Positions 12,702 through 25,808 of a DNA stretch of 64,000 nt are shown piece after piece (position 1 is the first letter of the stretch; the number at the start of each line of letters is the position of its first letter). The translations under genes and the position numbers were made by a program. This DNA is from Octopus vulgaris (lineage: Eukaryota): assembly GCA_951406725.2 (NCBI GenBank), contig OX597814.1:20460001-20524000 (forward strand), in the 5' to 3' direction. The notes beneath the pieces are model-generated. The model had not been told where the DNA came from. It ran no database searches and saw nothing but the letters and a program-made list of their open reading frames with translations.

Positions 12702-14501
12702 TAGCTAGATACAGACATATATACATACATACATGCAGTGTATGTATTTAACACATATATACATGTATAGGTGCATGCAATGTATGCTTGTGAGTGAAGT
12801 TTCTATTGCAATTCTTTGAATTTTCCTTAAAAAAAGAGACTGATTTCTTACAAAAAATCAAATGCTCTATTTCTAATATTTAGATAACAATATGTTGAAG
12901 TTAAGAAAATTATATTTTGAATTTACAAAGTGTAATTTCTGAGATTACTACCAAGTAAACTTATGATGATGGAAATAAATGTAATTCTATAATTTAGGTA
13001 AAGATGATGTATGTGTTGAAATAGTTGATCATAAATATTCTTTTTTCTTAGAATTTTGAAATAAGAGTTAATAACTGCAACCTTGATAATAGTACATAAT
13101 TTTTCATTCCTTTCTCAAACAACTATATTAAGCCTGTTATGTTTGCATTTGATGGAAGTTTTGATAGAACCCACCAATATTCCTTGTATTGAAATGTATG
13201 TAAGTACTCAACAACAAATAATTTTTATATTTATACCAGAGCGATCTTTCCTATTGATGTCACTGTATATTGTTTTAGCAATATTATCATACCTGAACCA
13301 GAAAGTAATGTTTGTTAATATATTGGAGCAGTTGTTTGTCAGATGCATATTATCAGCCACAGATATGTGACATAACACTTTTGGGGTTTTAAGCATTCAC
13401 TGTCTCTGTTATTTTACGCATGTTTTCTTGTTATTTCTTGATTTGGGATTGTAAAAGCATAACCTTCAAACATGATCTAATGGCTACAAGCTAAAAAAAA
13501 GGTTACATATCATGTCAAAATTAGAATAATCCTTTCAAGTTTACAGTAAATCTACCTATTCATAACAATTTTTTGGTGTGCTGAGGGTTTCTCCTCCAGG
13601 TCTTTGTTGAGATGCATCGGTTCTCAGGTTGCATGGAATGTCATTAAAAGCTGAGTATTTTTAGGGAGTTTACACCCAACTTGTAAAGTTGTGTTTGCTT
13701 CACTTTTGAGCCCTTAGTTAATGTATTTCTTTTTACTAATGATGTTAAGTAGATAGTAACTTAATGGTACCATATGGGACTCAGTAGTTATCTAGATTGA
13801 TTGGAAGTCACTCTTCTTTCCTTTTGGAATAGAGCCTGTCGATTTCACTATTTCCCTGGAAGCTTCTAATTGATGTCAGGATCATGCAGGTTTAATATCA
13901 ATGGAGAAAATTTCCTTTAGTCCACACAAGTATTCCGATTGTTGATACTATAAATTGTACTGCAAATGCATTGTGGGATATTATCTTGTGAGAGAAAACC
14001 TCTGACTTACATATTTTTTAAGTCTGTTGAAATATTCTTATATGTGTATGGACATGTATTTTCATGAATCTGTGAATGATCTGATTTTATTTTTTAAATT
14101 TCTCTGCAAGTGTAAAAGTGTTGATTACTAACCTAAAAACAAGGTTCTGTCTTTGGAATTTAGACATTTAGATGGTCGTACATACATATTGTATGTATAA
14201 GTATGAATGCCATTGCATCTGTATATTTTGGTCTAGTTATGTTTACATATGCATATGTTTGTATGTCTACAAATGTGGATTTGCATTTGTTACAGGTTTT
14301 CACAGTTCTATTAATGGCTTGTAATATTTATTTCCTACTTAACCATGTTCTTTCTGGTTTTATGAAGTCCATCTTCTCAAAATTGATACCGAGATAGTTA
14401 CACATTGAAGTGTCCCAATAATTACACATATAACATTAAAGCTATCATCAAGGTATATTATGTACAGATTCCTCATTAGTTTGTCATGTTTTGTTTTTTA
14501 C

Positions 14502-14850
14502 AGGTATATCAGTGTGATTAAGAAGCTTGCTTTGCATGTTTCATGCTCAGTCCTTGCACAGCATCTACTATACTCCTGGGCTTACTAATGCCTTACGAGT
14601 GAATTTGGTTGACTGAAATGATGTGAAAGCCCATTGTGTGTGTGTGTACATAAATGTTTGGTTGTCTCCCCCTGCCCTCAACTCTTATCAATCGGTGCTT
14701 ACATCCCCCATAACTTAGCAGTTTCAGCAAAAGAGACTGATAGAATAAGTACCAGACTTAAAAAGTAAATACTGGGTTCAATTCAACTAAACTCATCAAA
14801 GCAGTGCCCCAGCATGGCCACAGTCCAATGACTGAAACGAGTTAAAGATG
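14502..14850 (+). mobile_element. tRNA-derived CORE-type SINE (family B), decayed
   Basis: gtgtgattaagaagcttgc head, internal (TG)n and 3' gcagtgccccagcatggccacagtc..gactgaaac, as in the copy at 24333-24734. Confidence 0.7.
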
Positions 14851-16163
14851 AAAAAATTTGATGTTGCTGTGCAATTTTTTTCCACTGCTGCACTTTTCCC
14901 TTGTCTGTCACAAATCCTTATATCTGATCTACATTTTACTGAGATTTTCACAGGAACATTCCATGAGTATTCTTTCATGTTATTTATTTCTGTATGTTTG
15001 TATGTATGTATGATGCATGCGTATACGTGCTTTTTTTTTTTTACCTCTTTGAATTTTTCCTATAAAGAAGGCATTAGTTTCTAACTAAAAACAAAGCTCC
15101 ATCATTGGAATTTTGATGACAAAGCAACTGTAGAGTTATATACTGGATTTCAGAAAAAAAACCTTGTTCTACTTACAGATCGAATTTACAGAATACAAAT
15201 GAGAGGGTCTCTTTTTTAGTCTGAAAACCTCAGTTTTTCCCACACTATCCCTCTGTCAAGCACACCAGTGATTGGTACAAATGTAAACTTACAATTTAGA
15301 TAGAGAAGTTGTAGGGTTCAAAGCAGTTGACTATAAATATCTTCTTTCTTTTTAATTTTGAATGAAATGTCCACATCTTCTAGGCAGCCAACTTCCACAA
15401 ACTGGACATAGATTTTTTTTTTCTTGACTGCTCCAAACAGCTAAATTAGGCATTTAGTAAAAATTTTGATGGAAGTGTTCCATTAATATACCTTACATTG
15501 GAATATATGAGTGTTTTCAACATCAGAAATATTTTTATATTTGTTTCAGGAGAGTTCTTTCAGATAACAATGTTTGCTGTAGCAACTATATATGTATATG
15601 TAGTATGTGTGTGTGTGTATTTTTCCCATGTTTTATTTAAATTATTCTATGCAGAATTCAAGCCAGTCACTAACAGAGTGTAAGGCTTCTTTGTTTGAGC
15701 CAAGGTAATTCCAGGGCTCATAAATTTGAGAGTGCTAGTTTGTTTATACATATATGGGAGTGTCTGTGATGTTTTTATAGACATTTTTTTATTTGTGAAA
15801 ATGTAAGTGATAATGTGTTGACCGTTTTCAATAACATTTCAGTTTTCTAAGCATTGAATTTAAAACTATCAGCATAACATTGTATTTTTTTATACCACTA
15901 CTTAGAAACACTAACTGTGGCTGAGACAGATGAGACAGAATAGCTCCTGACTTGATGTTTTATCTTAATTAGTTTGGTATTTCACTTATCTGAGTTCAAG
16001 TTGTGCTAGGAACTTTGACTTCCATACTTCTTGAGCTGATAAAAAGTCAAATACACAATATGTATCAATATTATATTGGACCAATCCAGTTGACTACATC
16101 CTTTCTCTATCAAAATTGACTTTGTGCCTAGTCAGAAGAAATCAATATTAATTATGTCAGTAA

Positions 16164-16378
16164 GACAGTGAGCTGGCAGAATCGTTAGCATGCTGAGCAA
16201 TCTGCTTAGTGGCATTTCGTCTTTACATTCTGAGTTCAAATTCTGCTGAGGTCAACTTTGCCTTTCATCCTTTCGAGGGTGATAAAATAAGTACCAGTTG
16301 AACAGTGGGGGGTGGATCGAATCAACTTGATCCCTCCCCCAAAATTGCTGGCCTTGTGCCAAAAATTTGAAACCAATA
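16164..16378 (+). mobile_element. SINE family A copy
   Basis: gagctggcagaatcgttagc..gagttcaaattc..gcctttcatcctttcgagggtgataaaataagtaccag..ggccttgtgccaaaa. Confidence 0.85.
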
Positions 16379-17192
16379 TTTCTTTTGTCAGTGGTTTTTT
16401 TACCTGGTGACATTTTTCAAATTAATTTTTTTTTATTGATGGATACAACTATCAGATTGTTACAATATTCTAATGTTTTAGGTATATTTGATGTTCAAAA
16501 AGAATTTTGGTATTTAGATATGGTACCTAAGAGCGTTAGTGTTCATGTTTGGGTTTTATTACTAAACTGGATAAAAAAATCTAAAGAAATTATCATCATG
16601 TTTGATCATATTTCTGAGAATTCAAAAGTTTGTAATAAAGTTACCTATTAAATTTCTGAAGCTTTTTTTAATTTACTTTGGCAGTATAGAGGTGACACAT
16701 TTCAAGCTCCCTGGGTAGTATTATGTAATATTCACTCGTAAGCTCTTTCTGGGGAAGAATTTTCCTCTTATTTATTTATTTTTCCAAATTGAAACTTCTT
16801 AATTACTGTTTAAACAAGCTGGTTACTTTTTGTTTTTGACATATAAATATGTCCTATTATATATTTCAATAGCTATTATATATTGGAATTCTGACTTATT
16901 GATATAACATTACTTTATACTTGAGAATATGAGTTTTCTAATGGTTATTTTGGCTTCAGTTTATGGGGCTGATGAAATTCATGTCTATTATACTGTGATC
17001 TAAATCATTAAGGAAAGCTGGTGTGTCTTTTCCTGGAATAAATCAAAGGAATAGAATGCCAAATGTCAATATTTCTGTAGGATTTGTGGCTGATTTATAT
17101 GTTTAAGGAAAAGCAACAAATATCCTCAGTTTTATGGTTCTGTTCAAGTTGTTTAATTTCTTTTAATAATTTAATGAAATTTTATTGATTTG

Positions 17193-17238
17193 AATAAAGT
17201 TTAAATTAAAATGGATTCCTGTTGTTTTTATTAATAAA
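17193..17238 (+). terminator. Candidate polyadenylation signals for the WH2 gene (long 3' UTR)
   Basis: AATAAA at 17193-98 and 17233-38, followed by T/GT-rich sequence at the end of a long T-rich stretch. Other AATAAA hexamers occur upstream. Confidence 0.35.
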
Positions 17239-17362
17239 TTGTTTCTTGTAAATTGTAAATAACAGCATCATACCCGTTAATACTGAATTAGATTATTAAA
17301 TTCATGCCTAAAGAATACAACAAAGTTTTATCTTTGAAACTTTTACAATTATGATAGTTATA

Positions 17363-17648
17363 ATCATCATCATCGTTTAACGTCCGCTTCCCATGCTAGC
17401 ATGGGTTGGACGGTTCGACTGGGGTCTGGGAAGCCTGGAGGCTGCACCAGGCCCAGTCTGATCTGGCAGTGTTTCTACAGTTGGATGCCGCCCTTCCTAA
17501 CGCCAACCACTCTGTGAGTGTTGTGGGTGCTTTTTACATGCCACCGGCACAGTGCCAGGCAAGGCTAGCAATGGCCATGATCGGTTGGTGCTTTTTACGT
17601 GCCACTGGCACGGAGGCCAGTCGGGGCGGCACTGGCAACAGCCACGAA
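17363..17648 (-). mobile_element. RTE-LINE 3' tail / tail-derived SINE, young copy
   Basis: (ATC)n gtttaacgtccgcttcccatgctagcatgggttggacgg..ctacagttggatgcc with CpGs intact. Confidence 0.85.
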
Positions 17649-18579
17649 ATGAATCTGAATAAATAATTCAACTCAGTAAGCCAACTACAAAGATAAATCT
17701 ACCACTGAGGTCGAAAGAATCTTTAATGATCCTACAATAGCAAAAAATATACCACAGGTTGACACCTATATGTCAAACTGAACGGTGTTTTATTTCCAAA
17801 AGGAATATTGTAAGTGATATTTAAGCAATAAACAGTTCTTTGGCTTTTGCATTTGATGACTTGCTTTACGTATTTTATTTTGATTTTCACTGACGTAGTG
17901 GTAAGAAATGCGGGATAAGTAACATTAGTTTCGAATAAAAATATAAATGGAAGTTTTAACCACCCGATGGACAGGCAAACAGAAACTGCTACTCAATAAA
18001 GGTGCAAAAATGCTTAGGGAAGTCTCTCTTTGCTCAAAAACTGACACAAACAGATTTGAAACTCGGGGGTGAAATAACACAATGTGCAATAAAATAACAT
18101 AAGGCATGTTCTTTGCAAATCAATTTTATCACAAAATTTGAACAATACCACTTATTTTCTTAAGTTGGATGAGAAACGTTAGGCAAGGTTTTAGATGTAA
18201 ACCCCCAAATTTTCCACATTTTATAAGCAATCAATTAGTCTTTTCTACTTTCAATTAAATTTTGTTGAGAACATCTTCAGAAAATTGAGTAATCACCAGT
18301 TATTTATCTGCTTTATTTTCACTTTTTTGTTCACTTAAAGTAGCTGCCTTTTCCCAGTAGTTTTTCATGTCAGCTGGTTTATTACACAAAAAACAGCTGT
18401 AAGAACACATTTGACCACGGATGCACATGGTTGATTACAGTTAACTAAAGTTAGAGTGATATCGATTTTTTTTTAGCCGATTACAAACGTGTGAAAATGC
18501 AGAAATGAATACAGTTGTTTGTGGTCTAATATTTAAACCAAAATGAGACTATTTACAAATAGCAAGCTTTATTTACATA

Positions 18580-18959
18580 CTAGCAGTATCGCCCGGCGTT
18601 GCTCGGGTTTGTAAGGGAAATAACTATACAGCATTTTTAGAGAGTTATAGCAAAAAAATGCATTAAAAATGGAAAAAATATGATGGTAAATTTTTTTTTA
18701 AATCGTTGACTCATCGTAGACACTTTTAGAGAGTTACTTCCCTTTAAAAAAATATGCATGAAAATGGAAAAAAATTATGGTAAATTATTTTTAAAATCGT
18801 AGACTCATTGTAGACAAGCGCTAATACCCAGAAGGGCTCGATATGAATCACGACTATAAGATACTCGGTTTTGGTTAAACTGCACCGCAAAATGTGGGAG
18901 TAAGGAATCTAAATCGAAGGGGACAGACACTCACACAACTACAGTTTTATATATATAGA
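18580..18959 (-). mobile_element. Non-autonomous Helitron
   Basis: The minus strand begins A|TCTATATATATAAA and ends with hairpin CCCGAGCAACGCCGGG, then CGATACTGCTAG|T. These are the canonical 5'-TC, 3'-CTAG termini and AT target. Confidence 0.85.
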
Positions 18960-19114
18960 TATCTGTCATTTAAATGTGAAAACGTACAAATCAATTGTTT
19001 AGAATGTCGGTTAATGAATAGGATGGCAGAAGAAACAGGACAAAAAGATTACAAAGAAGTTGGAGGGGAATGGGATAGAGTACCTGCATCAACTTGCTAT
19101 AAAAACAGTTAGTA

Positions 19115-20217
19115 GTTTTACCTTGTCCTTATTCTTTGTGAAGAGTGCAATTCGATTTTAACAGTTATTTTTTCAAAGCTATAATGGAAGTAACAAAGGA
19201 GCATATTTGCCATATTTTGCATTATGAGCCCAATAAAAGCAATATGAGCACAACAGAAAGTGTGAGAAATATTAATGCAGTATATGGGGATCAGACAATA
19301 AGCATAAGCCAGTGTCAATAGTTTTTCCAGAAATTTTGAGCTGGAAACTACAGCCTAGAAGACAAGCCTCATCCTGGAAGATTCGCAGACCTCGATGAGG
19401 ATGTCCTGCAAACCCTAGTGGAACAAAATCCCACTGTAATTGTTGAGGAACTAGCAGAGAAGCTTGGATTTGATCATTCAACAATTCAATGACACCTGCA
19501 TGTTATCAGAAAAGTCAGTAAATTGGGTCAACGGGTTTTTCACAAAAGTTCCCAAGTCTAATCACAAATGAACCCTTTTTGAACCAAATAGTGAGTGGTG
19601 ACAAGAAATGGGTTCTCTATAAAAATGTCAAGCACTGAAGACAGTGGGTAGGGAAAGGAGAAACATCTGCACTCCAGGCTAAAGAAGGTCTTCACCCATG
19701 TAAGGTGTTGTTATCTGTTTGTTAAGATATGAAAGGTTTAGTTCAATTTGAACTTTTAAACCCAAACCAAACAATAACAAAGGAGATCCACTGTGAGCAG
19801 CTTAAGTCAGTACTATAAAAAAAAGGACCATCTTTGGTTTCAAGATAAAATGTGTTCTACCATCAGGATAATGCTCAGCCACATACAACAAAGATGACAT
19901 TCCAAAGGTTGGAGCAGTTTGAATGGGAAACGATGCCTCACCCACCATATTCACCAGACATTGCTCCATTTGATTATCATTTATTGTGCTGTCTTCAAAA
20001 TCATTTGGATGGAAAAAATATGAATTCTGTTAACAAGGTCAGCACAGTACTGGAGGAGAATTTTGGAAGAAGGGCCTTCCAAGTCTACCAGATAGATGGA
20101 AGAGCATTGTAGAAAATGAAGGAGAGTATATTTTAGATTAAAAAAGAACTTAGTTTATCTAAATTTTGAAAAATAAAAAAGTATAAAAATACACATTTTT
20201 TATGGGATGACCCAATA
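19115..20217 (+). mobile_element. Decayed mariner (DD34D) transposon with frameshifted transposase
   Basis: ATG at 19184 (MEVTKEHI..), IVSGDKKWVLY, HQDNAQPHT and HPPYSPDIAPFDYHL motifs. Right TIR ..ttatgggatgacccaata is followed by TA; no left TIR was found. Confidence 0.9.
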
Positions 20218-20234
20218 TATATATGTATATATAA

Positions 20235-20460
20235 AGTGGTCGGTGTTTGAAAGGGCATCCAACTGTAAAAACCATGCCTAGCTAACCTTGCCTGTGCTTG
20301 TACCACATAAAAAGCAGTCAGTGCACTCTGTTGAGTGGTTGGTGTTAAAAAGGGCATCCAGCCATAAAAACCCTACCAAAACAGACACAGAAGCCTGGTG
20401 CAGGCTCCTGTCAAACTGTCCAACCCATGCCAACATGGAAGGCAGATGTTAAATGATGAT
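20235..20460 (+). mobile_element. RTE tail-derived repeat
   Basis: Two agggcatcca..aaaaacc units ending aacccatgccaacatggaa..gttaaatgatgat. Confidence 0.75.
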
Positions 20461-20477
20461 ATATATATATATGTTTC

Positions 20478-20812
20478 TTAGAATGTAAGGAATGGAAAAA
20501 GTAAATAAAGACTACATATGTTTCATAGTTAAATTATATTTGTTATATAACTTGTAACATACACAAAACCCATTTAGCTAATCCTCTGGTTTGATTACTG
20601 TCAAGTCTTATGCATTATTGTTTTTGTGCTGTGGCTACATTGCTCAATCATTTATTCATCTCCATGTGATAATGTAAACAATTCAAAGGTATTTGGACCT
20701 GAGGATTAGCTAAATGGGTTTTTATATGTGTTACAGGTCATGTAACAAATATCATTTAATTATGAAATATATGTAGTTGTTATTTACCTTTCCTATTTCT
20801 TCCATTCTTAGA
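20478..20812. repeat. ~110-bp inverted repeat; each arm carries a type I hammerhead-ribozyme-like motif (Penelope-like pLTR relic)
   Basis: 20478-20590 is the approximate reverse complement of 20697-20812. Plus arm: gac-CTGAGGA-stem II-GAAATATATGTA-gtt. Minus arm: CAGAGGA-stem II-GAAACATATGTA-gtc. Confidence 0.7.
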
Positions 20813-21191
20813 TTTTTACTTGAATATTTAGCAATTTTACATAGCTGCTAAACTGAATGTTGTATTGTGACTGTCAGTTTATCAAAATTTCCATTGATTT
20901 CAATATGGGATAAAGCATATAACATACAATGGTTATTATCATATAGTGTCCACCTTCTATAATAGCTGTGGACTTGCTTGAAGCTTACTAACCTCCTATA
21001 CCAGGATCTTTTGGATTGTACTACCCTGTAACTATATATGTGTGTGTGGGTGTTTGTGAAAGCATAAGGCCTAGTGATTAGGATATTTGACTCATGATCA
21101 TAATGTCATGGATTCAGTTCTATCCTTAAACAAGATATTTTATTTCATGCTATCACTCAGCTGCAAATGAGTACCAGGTGAAAACTGAAGC

Positions 21192-21236
<45 letters not shown>

Positions 21237-21737
21237 TCTCTCTCTCTCTCTCTCTCCTTTGAACTGTCACATACTGAATACACTATGGAATCAAAGGACG
21301 TGAGAATCAATATGGTATGTCTGCCTGCTTCCAACTATAAAGGCACCTAAAAACCTCTTGCAAAAGTATAGTACGTGTTACCAAGTCATATTTACCTCTG
21401 GGTGATGGCTGGCTTTTATACATATATGCTTATACAAGATATGATTTAGTTCAATAATTAACTTTAAGTATATTAACTCAATTTCACTTTATGAATTATA
21501 TGATTGTTCAAATACATATTACATAACTTAACTTATAATTATGATTTGTAATATTCATTTTAGTCACATAGTTCCTTATGGAATGGTAGATTCTTCTCAG
21601 TCCAACTTGTTATGATACTATCTCTCTTTCAACCTCATGAGAAAAATATTGCTTTGCAATATTAATATTAAAATCCAATTTTGATTAAGCTCATTAATGA
21701 AATAAAAACACTAGAGAAAGACAAAGTTCTGGAAAGA

Positions 21738-21743
21738 TTTATT
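21738..21743 (-). terminator. Candidate AATAAA polyA signal of the MARVEL gene
   Basis: TTTATT on the plus strand, about 430 nt downstream of the stop codon. Confidence 0.45.
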
Positions 21744-22169
21744 TTATATACAAATACAATTTCATTCTGATAGACACACTTGCATATTAATATATATATA
21801 TATATATATATATATGATATACTCATGTATATTATGTAAACTGTATATGTATAAGCATGTATATTATTACATGTGTTGTATATTTACATACACATACAAA
21901 TGAATACATTCTTATAACATACACAGGTAAATATCTAAATATATTTGTATATATTTAGCATGTACATGGATATATTGATACATGTATGCGTATGTATATA
22001 TAAAAAAAAACACAGAGAGAGTGATAAATTGATATACATATATATATAAATGAATTATATTTATATATAATATAAATGTAGGTATAAAATTATATCAAAT
22101 GTTTTTTTAAAAAATGTATTATATTTATTACAAAAGGAGACAGAAAGGTTGTGATTCAACTGGAGGAAC

Positions 22170-22313
22170 TTATACATTGGGATTACTCGGTGGTTCTGAT
22201 GTAGTTGGTTGTGGTCTTCCAGCTGAAGAATTTGTGCCACGACTATCTGACCAATCACGGAATAGAAGAATTGATTCAACGCCATATAGGACAGTAGCCA
22301 TAATGGTAAATAT
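22170..22313 (-). CDS. MARVEL-domain protein, coding exon 4 (last)
   Basis: CAG acceptor at 22316-14. Encodes IFTIMATVLYGVESILLFRDWSDSRGTNSSAGRPQPTTSEPPSNPNV*, i.e. TM4 and the tail; phase 0. Confidence 0.9.
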   Translation of the reverse strand: MFTIMATVLYGVESILLFRDWSDSRGTNSSAGRPQPTTSEPPSNPNV

Positions 22314-22368
22314 CTGGCAAAATAAAGATACATACATGTAAAACATTATTATCTTTCTATATATATTA

Positions 22369-22766
22369 TCTATATATATATATATAAAGCTGAAATTGTC
22401 TGTGTATGGCAGGCTTGGTAGCATTCAACTAACACTGTCTCCTCCGAGACCCTGAGGGGCAAGTTGACCAAAATTGAGAGTATGATAGAAGAAGACTTGC
22501 TCTTCCTTCCGCAGAAGAAAAAATTCAAATCGAACCATGTTAACACCAAAAATTATTTACATCAAAAAGGTGCTTTTTTTTTCTATGAAAATCCCTATTT
22601 TTTACGATTTTTTTACTGCTACGCTGCCATTTTTCGGTGTATTTCAACCAGAAAAATGTTCACTTAAAGAGAATAACAAGCTACATAATGCAAAATTTTT
22701 ACTTTTCAAAAATTCCAATTCTAAAGGGTCGAAACAAACCCGAGCAATGCCGGGCGATACTGCTAG
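22369..22766 (+). mobile_element. Non-autonomous Helitron in the last MARVEL intron
   Basis: A|TCTATATATA.. start and ..cccgagcaatgccggg cgatactgCTAG|T end. The 3' terminus matches the copy at 18580-18959. Confidence 0.85.
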
Positions 22767-23067
22767 TTAATAATATTACTGTATCAACCAAACTATTGGC
22801 TGTTGTTATACATTGCTGGTCACAATGTTGTGACTTCTGAATGATGCCACACTGCTGGTTAGGCAAGCTAGCTAACATTCCCCCTGAATGAGATGCCAGT
22901 AAATGGGTAACCATTTACAGCTGAGTAGACTGGAACAACATGCGATGGAAGTGTTTTGCTCAAGAACACAATACACCACTGGTCAGGGAATCAAAACCAT
23001 GATCTGAAGATCTTGCATGCAACACCTTAACCACCAGGTACATGCCTTCTTATTAATTAATAATACA

Positions 23068-23216
23068 TTAGGAAGGGCATCCAGCTGTAGAAACATTGCC
23101 AAATTTAGACTGGAGCCTGGTGCAGCCTTCTGGCTTCCCAGAACCCCGGTCGAACCGTCCAACCCATGCTAGCATGGAGAACGGACGTTAAACGACGATG
23201 ATGATGATGATGATGA
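23068..23216 (+). mobile_element. 5'-truncated RTE tail copy
   Basis: ttaggaagggcatccagctgtagaaac..aacccatgctagcatggagaacggacgttaaacg(GAT)n. Confidence 0.85.
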
Positions 23217-23264
23217 CATGTGTATATATTGCTCTCTAGCAAGTACATGATAATTAATCTATCC

Positions 23265-23267
23265 GTT

Positions 23268-23298
<31 letters not shown>

Positions 23299-23299
23299 A

Positions 23300-23390
<91 letters not shown>

Positions 23391-23394
23391 CGCG

Positions 23395-23425
<31 letters not shown>

Positions 23426-23515
23426 CATATACATATACATATATATATATATGTATATGTGTATATATATATATGTATATGTGTATATATATATATGTAT
23501 ATGTGTATATATATA

Positions 23516-23558
<43 letters not shown>

Positions 23559-23660
23559 TATATATTAGAGAGAGAGAGAGAGGGGGAGAGATAGTAATGC
23601 AGATAAACACAATTAGGCTTCACACACACACATGCAAACACACACACACACACACACATA
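23265..23660. repeat. Compound microsatellite (CTGT)n(CT)n(TA)n(GA)n(CA)n
   Basis: Directly visible; source of spurious ORFs at 23267-23689. Confidence 0.95.
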
Positions 23661-23884
23661 ATGTAATTATTTCTTACACAGATACATGATCTGAAATTTG
23701 AGAGAGGGAATTAGTTAACTAAATTGCTCCCAAGTTATCGTAACCATTGGCAATGTTTGCAGCAAAAGAAAAAAGATTCTTTCAAATATTTGTATTTGAG
23801 AGGAAACTCTGATTTACCCATGCTAACATGGTATAAAAATTTAATTTCAAAGACTAACAATGAAGTCACGGATGGGACACTTAA

Positions 23885-24105
23885 TCCTTTCATTACCAGC
23901 CTGGCTGAAACCAGCTCTGGCTCTGAGGTACAAATGTCTTGTTTTCATAAGTTTTGAATTAAAATCTTCCGCCAAACCTTAGTCACAATTTATGTTCCTA
24001 ACACTAGCTGAAAGATAACTAAGTTATTTTACTAAATTCTTTGTTGTATTTAAAGTAATTGAAAGAAACACAGAGAATCTCAAAATAAATACAGTAACGA
24101 AAGGG
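23885..24105. mobile_element. piggyBac-type MITE
   Basis: TTAA at 23881-84 and 24106-09 flank imperfect TIRs tcctttcattac / gtaacgaaaggg. Confidence 0.75.
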
Positions 24106-24112
24106 TTAATTA

Positions 24113-24322
24113 ATGGTTTCAAATTTTGGCACAAGGCCAGCATTTTGGAGAGTAGGTAAGTTGATTACATCACCCCCGGTGATGAACTGTTACTTATTTT
24201 ATTGACTCTGAAAGGATAATAGACAAAGTCCTTTGTGGAATTTCAACTCGGACATAAAGACAGACGAAATGCCGCTTAGCATTTTGCCCAGCGTGTTAAC
24301 AATCCTGTCATCTTGCTGCCTT
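24113..24322 (-). mobile_element. SINE family A copy
   Basis: Reverse complement of the 16164-16378 motif set (tttcaaattttggcacaaggccagc..aatgccgcttagcattttgcc). Confidence 0.8.
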
Positions 24323-24332
24323 GTGAGACTTA

Positions 24333-24734
24333 ATTCTTTTATTCTTTTATTTGTTTCAGTCATTTGACTGTGGCCATGCTTGAGCACCACCTTTAGTCGA
24401 ACACATCAACCCCAGGACTTATTCTTTGTAAGCCTAGTACTTTTTCTATCGGTTTCTTTTTGCCGAATCACTAAGTTATGGGGACATAAACACACCAACA
24501 TTGGTTGTCAAGCGATGGTAGGGGGACAAATACAGACAAACAAATATATACATATATATATATATATACGACAGGCTTCTTTCAGTTTCCATCTACCAAA
24601 TCCATGCACAAGGCTTTGGTCATCCTGAGGCTATAGTAAAAGACACTTGCCCAAGGTGCCATACAGTGGGACTGAACCTGGAACCATGTGGTTGGTAAGT
24701 AAGCTACTTACCACACAGCCACCCCTGTGCCTAT
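24333..24734 (-). mobile_element. tRNA-derived CORE-type SINE (family B)
   Basis: Minus strand: A-box-like gtggctgtgtggtaag, B-box ggttcagtccc, CORE-like accttgggcaagtg and an (AATAAAAG)-type tail. Confidence 0.85.
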
Positions 24735-24825
24735 AATGCTTAGAATGTGCTACAGTACCAAGATCAAAATCTTTTTAAATAATGAAATAAAATTCCATTG
24801 AACATGAAATATTTGTGAAACTCAC

Positions 24826-24924
24826 AGTGGCTGCTACTATGCTACTTCGGCTGTAAGCTCTAATTGCAGCAATGATACCAGCAGACAACAAACATATTGT
24901 AAATATACTGTAGAGTATGGCTTC
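24826..24924 (-). CDS. MARVEL-domain protein, coding exon 3
   Basis: CAG acceptor 24927-25 and GTGAGT donor 24825-20. Encodes EAILYSIFTICLLSAGIIAAIRAYSRSSIVAAT (33 codons, TM3). Confidence 0.9.
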
Positions 24925-25380
24925 CTGGAAAAGAGTAAAAATTAAAAAGAAAACATTGTGAATAGATACAATTTTTAATGATTTTTTTTTAAACATACAA
25001 ACAAGGTTTTAGAGTTTAGGAGGATATGGAAAGGACACCCATGTGTGCGCGATTAAAATATTAGTGACAGGACTTGACACTTTGGACTCCATATAAATTT
25101 TTGCTGTTAAAATTTTATATGCAATAAATTGGCTATATTTTTAAAATACACAAAATATTGTAACAATTTTTTTACACAATTCTTAATCATATTCAATTAT
25201 AAAAATATAATACATTTTTTTAAATATTGAATAGGTATGAGGGTCCAGTTGAGTAAAATAGGAATCAAAGGGTCTATAGACAAAAAATAGTTGAGAACCT
25301 ACTGATGTAGATGCTCCTTCATTGGGTCATGATAAGAAATATTCTAAGTAAATGATATTAACAAAAAATAATAAAGAGAT

Positions 25381-25808
25381 AACGTAAAGTATACTAGCCA
25401 TCTCAATATGGCTAACCATTAAGGGTAGGTGTTACTGTAGCTTTTAGCCCCAGGAGATCATTGTCTCCAGCTGGCTTTAGGCACACTTTCTGTGCCCTTA
25501 TGGTATTTGCAAAGGGAGGTCATCCCTCTCTCGTAAACCTAAGTGATACACACGGGCTGTAGTTTCTAGGTATTTGCCTGTCTTCGGCGTACGGCAATCA
25601 CCGGTTTACGATGAAGGGAGACCTGTTTGCAAATATTTATTTATTGTTTTTCCAGTAACTTCCGTCACTGATTTCAAAAAACTGTCTGCAAGCAATAATA
25701 AATCTCTGAATGAGATATAAACAGTAACCGCTCGACAACGTAAAGTATACTAGCCATCTCAATATGGCTAACCACAAAGGGGGGGAGGGGGGTTACTGTA
25801 GCTTTTTT
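25381..25808. mobile_element. Young non-coding element with terminal direct repeats and a 10-12 bp TSD (Penelope pLTR-like or unclassified)
   Basis: Identical 38-mer aacgtaaagtatactagccatctcaatatggctaacca at 25381 and 25737. Flanking duplication ataaagagat(aa) at 25371 and 25809. Confidence 0.7.
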
